From Amoebophrya sp. A120 (taxonomy: Eukaryota > Protista > Dinoflagellata): 64,000 nucleotides of DNA. Positions within the stretch are counted from its first letter, which is position 1; each line of letters starts with the position of its first letter. The stretch is taken from assembly GCA_905178155.1 (NCBI GenBank), contig CAJINV010000006.1, forward strand, positions 3,408,437-3,472,436, in the 5' to 3' direction. Made by a program: the position numbers and the translations under genes. Below are positions 60,328 through 64,000 of this stretch, in pieces. The notes under the pieces are model-generated. The model had not been told where the DNA came from. It searched no databases and worked only from the letters and a program-made list of their open reading frames with translations.

Positions 60328-60520
60328 NNNNNNNNNNNNNNNNNNNNNNNNNNNNNNNNNNNNNNNNNNNNNNNNNNNNNNNNNNNNNNNNNNNNNNNNN
60401 NNNNNNNNNNNNNNNNNNNNNNNNNNNNNNNNNNNNNNNNNNNNNNNNNNNNNNNNNNNNNNNNNNNNNNNNNNNNNNNNNNNNNNNNNNNNNNNNNNNN
60501 NNNNNNNNNNNNNNNNNNNN
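60328..60520. other. Assembly gap (N run)
   Basis: 193 N characters. Confidence 1.
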
Positions 60521-62268
60521 GGCGATCGGCGGAAAACCTTGGCGAGTTGTCTCCGCTGCGTCAGTATCAAATGTAAAAATGTCTGGGTCTGGAAGAATGC
60601 ATGTTTGTCATGCTTGTCTGGCATGACTCTTAAATCTGTCATGCGCATTGCCCAAGAGACGTTTTTTTCTGTCATGCGGAGACGCAGTTTGTCATGCAGA
60701 ATAGGCAACACCTACAAGCTCAGAAATTGGTCATGCTGAGCCAGCACTTGTGGCCTCCGTATGCTACGCCACTCAGCATCACAAGTTTCCAGACCCAGAC
60801 ATTTTTCCATTTGATAGTCAGACTCGCGGCGCCCGCCGATCGGCGGAACCGTCAGCAGCGCCTCTCTCGGCGACAACAAGTGGGGCGGCGCTTGACTGCT
60901 GGCGCTGCCGGTTACCTCCCTCCGTGCTTCATGTCGAGGTTGGTACGCCAGCAGGCTGCGCAGAAAGTTGCGCGCAAAGACGGTAATCACGCGCGACCGC
61001 TGCAACTGCGCGACCTGGTCATCTGCCCCGTCCTGAATACTAGCGGGCCCCCATGTATGGATCTGTCAGGATTGAAATCGACAAAGTTGAAATCATTTGT
61101 CATGCATAAAATGGATGCCAGTTGGAACCCAGTTTCTAACAAGTGGCGCATGACAAATTTTGGCGGTGCCTCAATCCAGTTTGTAATGCTGTTTGGGTAA
61201 GGAAGACGCCTTTTGTCATGCTACTTTAGCAGCTTTATTTCGACCCCTTAACAGGCTTACAATCTGCCTCCCTTGCCTAATCTGCAAGACAGGCACTTTG
61301 TGGGTTGCATTTTATGCATCACAAATTGTTTCAACTTTGACGATTTCAGTCCTGACGCTTCCATACCATGCGGTCCGGTCCCAACCGCGACCGGCATTGG
61401 CTAGACTTACCTTTTCTTCCCCGGTCAACAGAGAAGCCAAAGGTTCTCGTCCTCCGCCAAGTCGCTCGGCAACGAAAGGCTGTTGGAGCACATTCGTAGC
61501 AGGTGATCTTGCGACAGCATCCACGTCCGGCTCTCTGCCGCGGGACGAGAGAACAGTGCTAACAAGCGGGCGCTGGGAAAGGAGATTCTTAAAATCTTCG
61601 GAATACAACGACATGGGAGTGGTCTTTTGTTCCATACGTTCGTCAACATGTTCTTGCCGGAGTAGATCATCATCTCCAGCAGTACTACCACCCGGGACGT
61701 CGTCGAGCAGGATGGGGGCGAAGTAGTCTTCCAGTTTGGCAACGCGTTGTAGTTCCGCTATGGATTGCAAAAGTGTCTGGGCCTGGAAGATTCTGAGACT
61801 TGTCGCGCATGTTTTGCATGACCCAGGATTTCTGTAATGCACGACCTAGGATCGCAGATTTTTAGAGGGCTTCCTGATGCCTACTCCGCATGACAAACGC
61901 CCTCCCCGTGTAGCACAAACTAGACTTCTCTTGCTGGTCATGCAATACAGATTTTTTTAGAGTCCAAATTTAGCATCACAAGTTCGAACATTCGAGACCC
62001 AGACACTTTTGCAATTCATATCCGCTCCGCTGGTACGACCGCCCGACGCCCTCCGCTGAGCAGACCCGGGCCCTCGACGCCCACCACAACAACGCGACCG
62101 CCCTCGGCTATCAGAAGAGGACGACGCCTGAACTTCCAAGGCTTGGCACGTATGGACAACACTGGTCAACACAATATTGCCCGATAAAAGAAGCAAGGCC
62201 GCCGCGGTGCTGCCGGCCAACTTCCACGACACAGGAAAGTAGAACAAGGCTTTCTTCATCCCCATCAT
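60521..62268 (-). CDS. Tandem paralog 2, 3' part lost in the assembly gap; 3 elements
   Basis: Shares VSWKLAGSTAAALLLLS, LEDYFAPI, QRPLVSTVLS and AGRGW with paralog 1. Confidence 0.65.
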
Positions 62269-63450
62269 GATTTTGCAGCTTCTACTAGCAAGAGCGATCT
62301 ACTTCAGACACTGGCGATAGACAATGATGACGTATAGAACAAGTCGTGTAGTTCTTGTGTTTTATTACCAAAAGAAAACAACAATTAATATGCTGAGCGA
62401 TATCTTGTATAGGTGAAGAAAATTGTGGCGTGGAAAAGAATCTCGACAAATAAAATTTTCAAAACAATAGAAGATGCTATTTTTTTAGAGTGCACTATCC
62501 AAAAATTTGAGTTACTTGATGAAGAAGTTCGCCAGTTGTACTTATAATGACTATGACCTACACACTTTTTTCGACATAACTCGATCGGTACTAGATGTTA
62601 GATCACAAAAATCGAACTACAAGCTGTTCGACCGACTGTACTGGATGAAGGAGGATTTTTGCGAACAAAAATACTTATTTGCATGTTCTTGTCCGTCACG
62701 ACAGGAGGGTTATAGAATTAGAGCGCTCTACTTCATCTCGGACGACTACAACAGCCGGGCGCGACATACACCGCGCCTGTGAAATTTCTCATCATCAAGC
62801 CAAGTCAAGATCGTCTGAATTACCTACTGGTAGATCCAGAACTGAGTGGAATCGTAATCGGACCGTCGTGAAGATCTTCTCGATCATTTCTGTGTGTCCA
62901 ACGAACCGATCTGGATCTGAGTTCTTGTTGCCTGCGACTTCTGATCTGGTAGAGCTGCTGAGGTGGATCTGGGCCTTCACTGATTTCTCGGACCTGATGA
63001 AGACCTGAGGATGCACATTCGCGAAGATCGCTCGACCTTGAGCTACCAACCCCAAAAATGTTTCTTCAGAGCCTCTTAGTAAGTTGTTTAGTTTCATGAG
63101 CGCAATAGTAAGCCTCTTGGTAAGTTGTTTAGTTTCATTTCTTCCGAGCGCAATAGTAAGTTGTTTGGTTTCATGAATGATTTACCCACCAACTGTGTTG
63201 ACAGGATTATCTTTATTTTCATACCTCTCACAAAAGTGCGCGCTCAAACACCGAGCAGCGGCTTACATAGATAGATCAATAGATAACATCTGTGGTTCAT
63301 CTCGTTCGGAAATATAAAACGCATTACAGGTGGCTGATTCTTGCCGTTTGAGATCTCCACAACATGGTCTGGCACTGGCTCTGAGTTCTCTCCGCTGCCT
63401 TTTTGTTTGTTTCTCCGTTTTCCACAACATGGGACAAGACGCCGCAGAAT

Positions 63451-64000
63451 CTATGCCGATGGCCTTTCAACCAAGCCCGCCTGGCGCGAGCGCGTTACCT
63501 TTTCCCGCCCTTCTGGCGTCCAGACAGCGTTTCCGCTCTCTACTGGTGCAATTATCCAAGGGAAAATAAACGGGGCCCACGCCGCCCACGCAGCCCCACA
63601 GTTAAGATGGGAATTTTGCAATACAAATCCACACACGACAAGTCCTAGTACGCATGACAAGTCTCTAGTAGTGCTACCTGTCGCGTGGTGCAGGTTAGCA
63701 AGGACAGCCAGCACATCTTCAACAACAAGAGCCATCTGCATACGATCCTGTTTATTTATAGTATACAGCACCACACATGCCGCAACACGACTAGGAATGT
63801 CCCTCATGGGGATCATGCGCATTACAAATCTTGCTGTAGATGCGGATCTTCATAGCAACTCTGGGGTGTAGTAGCGCGCCTCGTTTTTCCTCAGGATACC
63901 AAAAATTGTCATCTCTTCATCCGCCACCCCTCCGTGTTCCTCGTAGGAGCAGTCGCGCACTTCATAGTTTTGGTTCTCCGAGGTAGTTCTAGTACTACTT
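63451..64000 (-). CDS. 3' end of tandem paralog 3 (5' part outside window)
   Basis: 63340-64000 aligns by eye to 56095-56660, including the family-C element at the same site. Its stop codon is earlier than in paralog 1. Confidence 0.6.

Noticed and set aside
62795-63175. 100-aa ORF and three TAGTAAGTTGTTT repeats
   Set aside because: No recognisable homology or element ends, so insufficient support.
242-63871. Many short ORFs sharing peptides such as CLGLE, FQTQT, VWVWK, CHA, VMQ
   Set aside because: These are translations of the repeated TIRs and octamer, not a protein family.
1-64000. Dinoflagellate spliced-leader relics, tRNA or rRNA genes
   Set aside because: None were recognised by eye; a covariance search was not possible.

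Overview
Eukaryotic genomic DNA. The architecture matches what is reported for the parasitic dinoflagellate Amoebophrya (Syndiniales), but the taxon is my inference. The long ORF list is misleading. The window holds about 9 split protein genes: a multi-pass membrane protein, a long unknown protein, PSMD9/Nas2, a calpain, a pseudo-lipase/WW protein, an acyltransferase-3 protein and three tandem paralogs. By manual count their exons are interrupted by about 86 short (110-345 bp) MITE-like elements from at least 12 families plus singletons. Nearly all begin TAT and end ATA, carry imperfect terminal inverted repeats, sit between 5-bp direct repeats and contain many copies of the octamer TGTVATGC. 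They lack GT-AG ends and occur in either orientation relative to the host gene. Removing an element plus one 5-bp repeat restored the reading frame at every junction I translated, including across the calpain catalytic triad. Several elements carry nested passengers: a 6.6-kb 5'-truncated APE-RT non-LTR retrotransposon, three short retro-tails, a Penelope-like fragment and two minisatellite-bearing elements ending in TAGT. An 83-bp-TIR transposon sits in a probable intron of different type. A paralog pair gives a direct empty-versus-filled site. No transposase for the short elements was recognised. An assembly gap spans 60328-60520.
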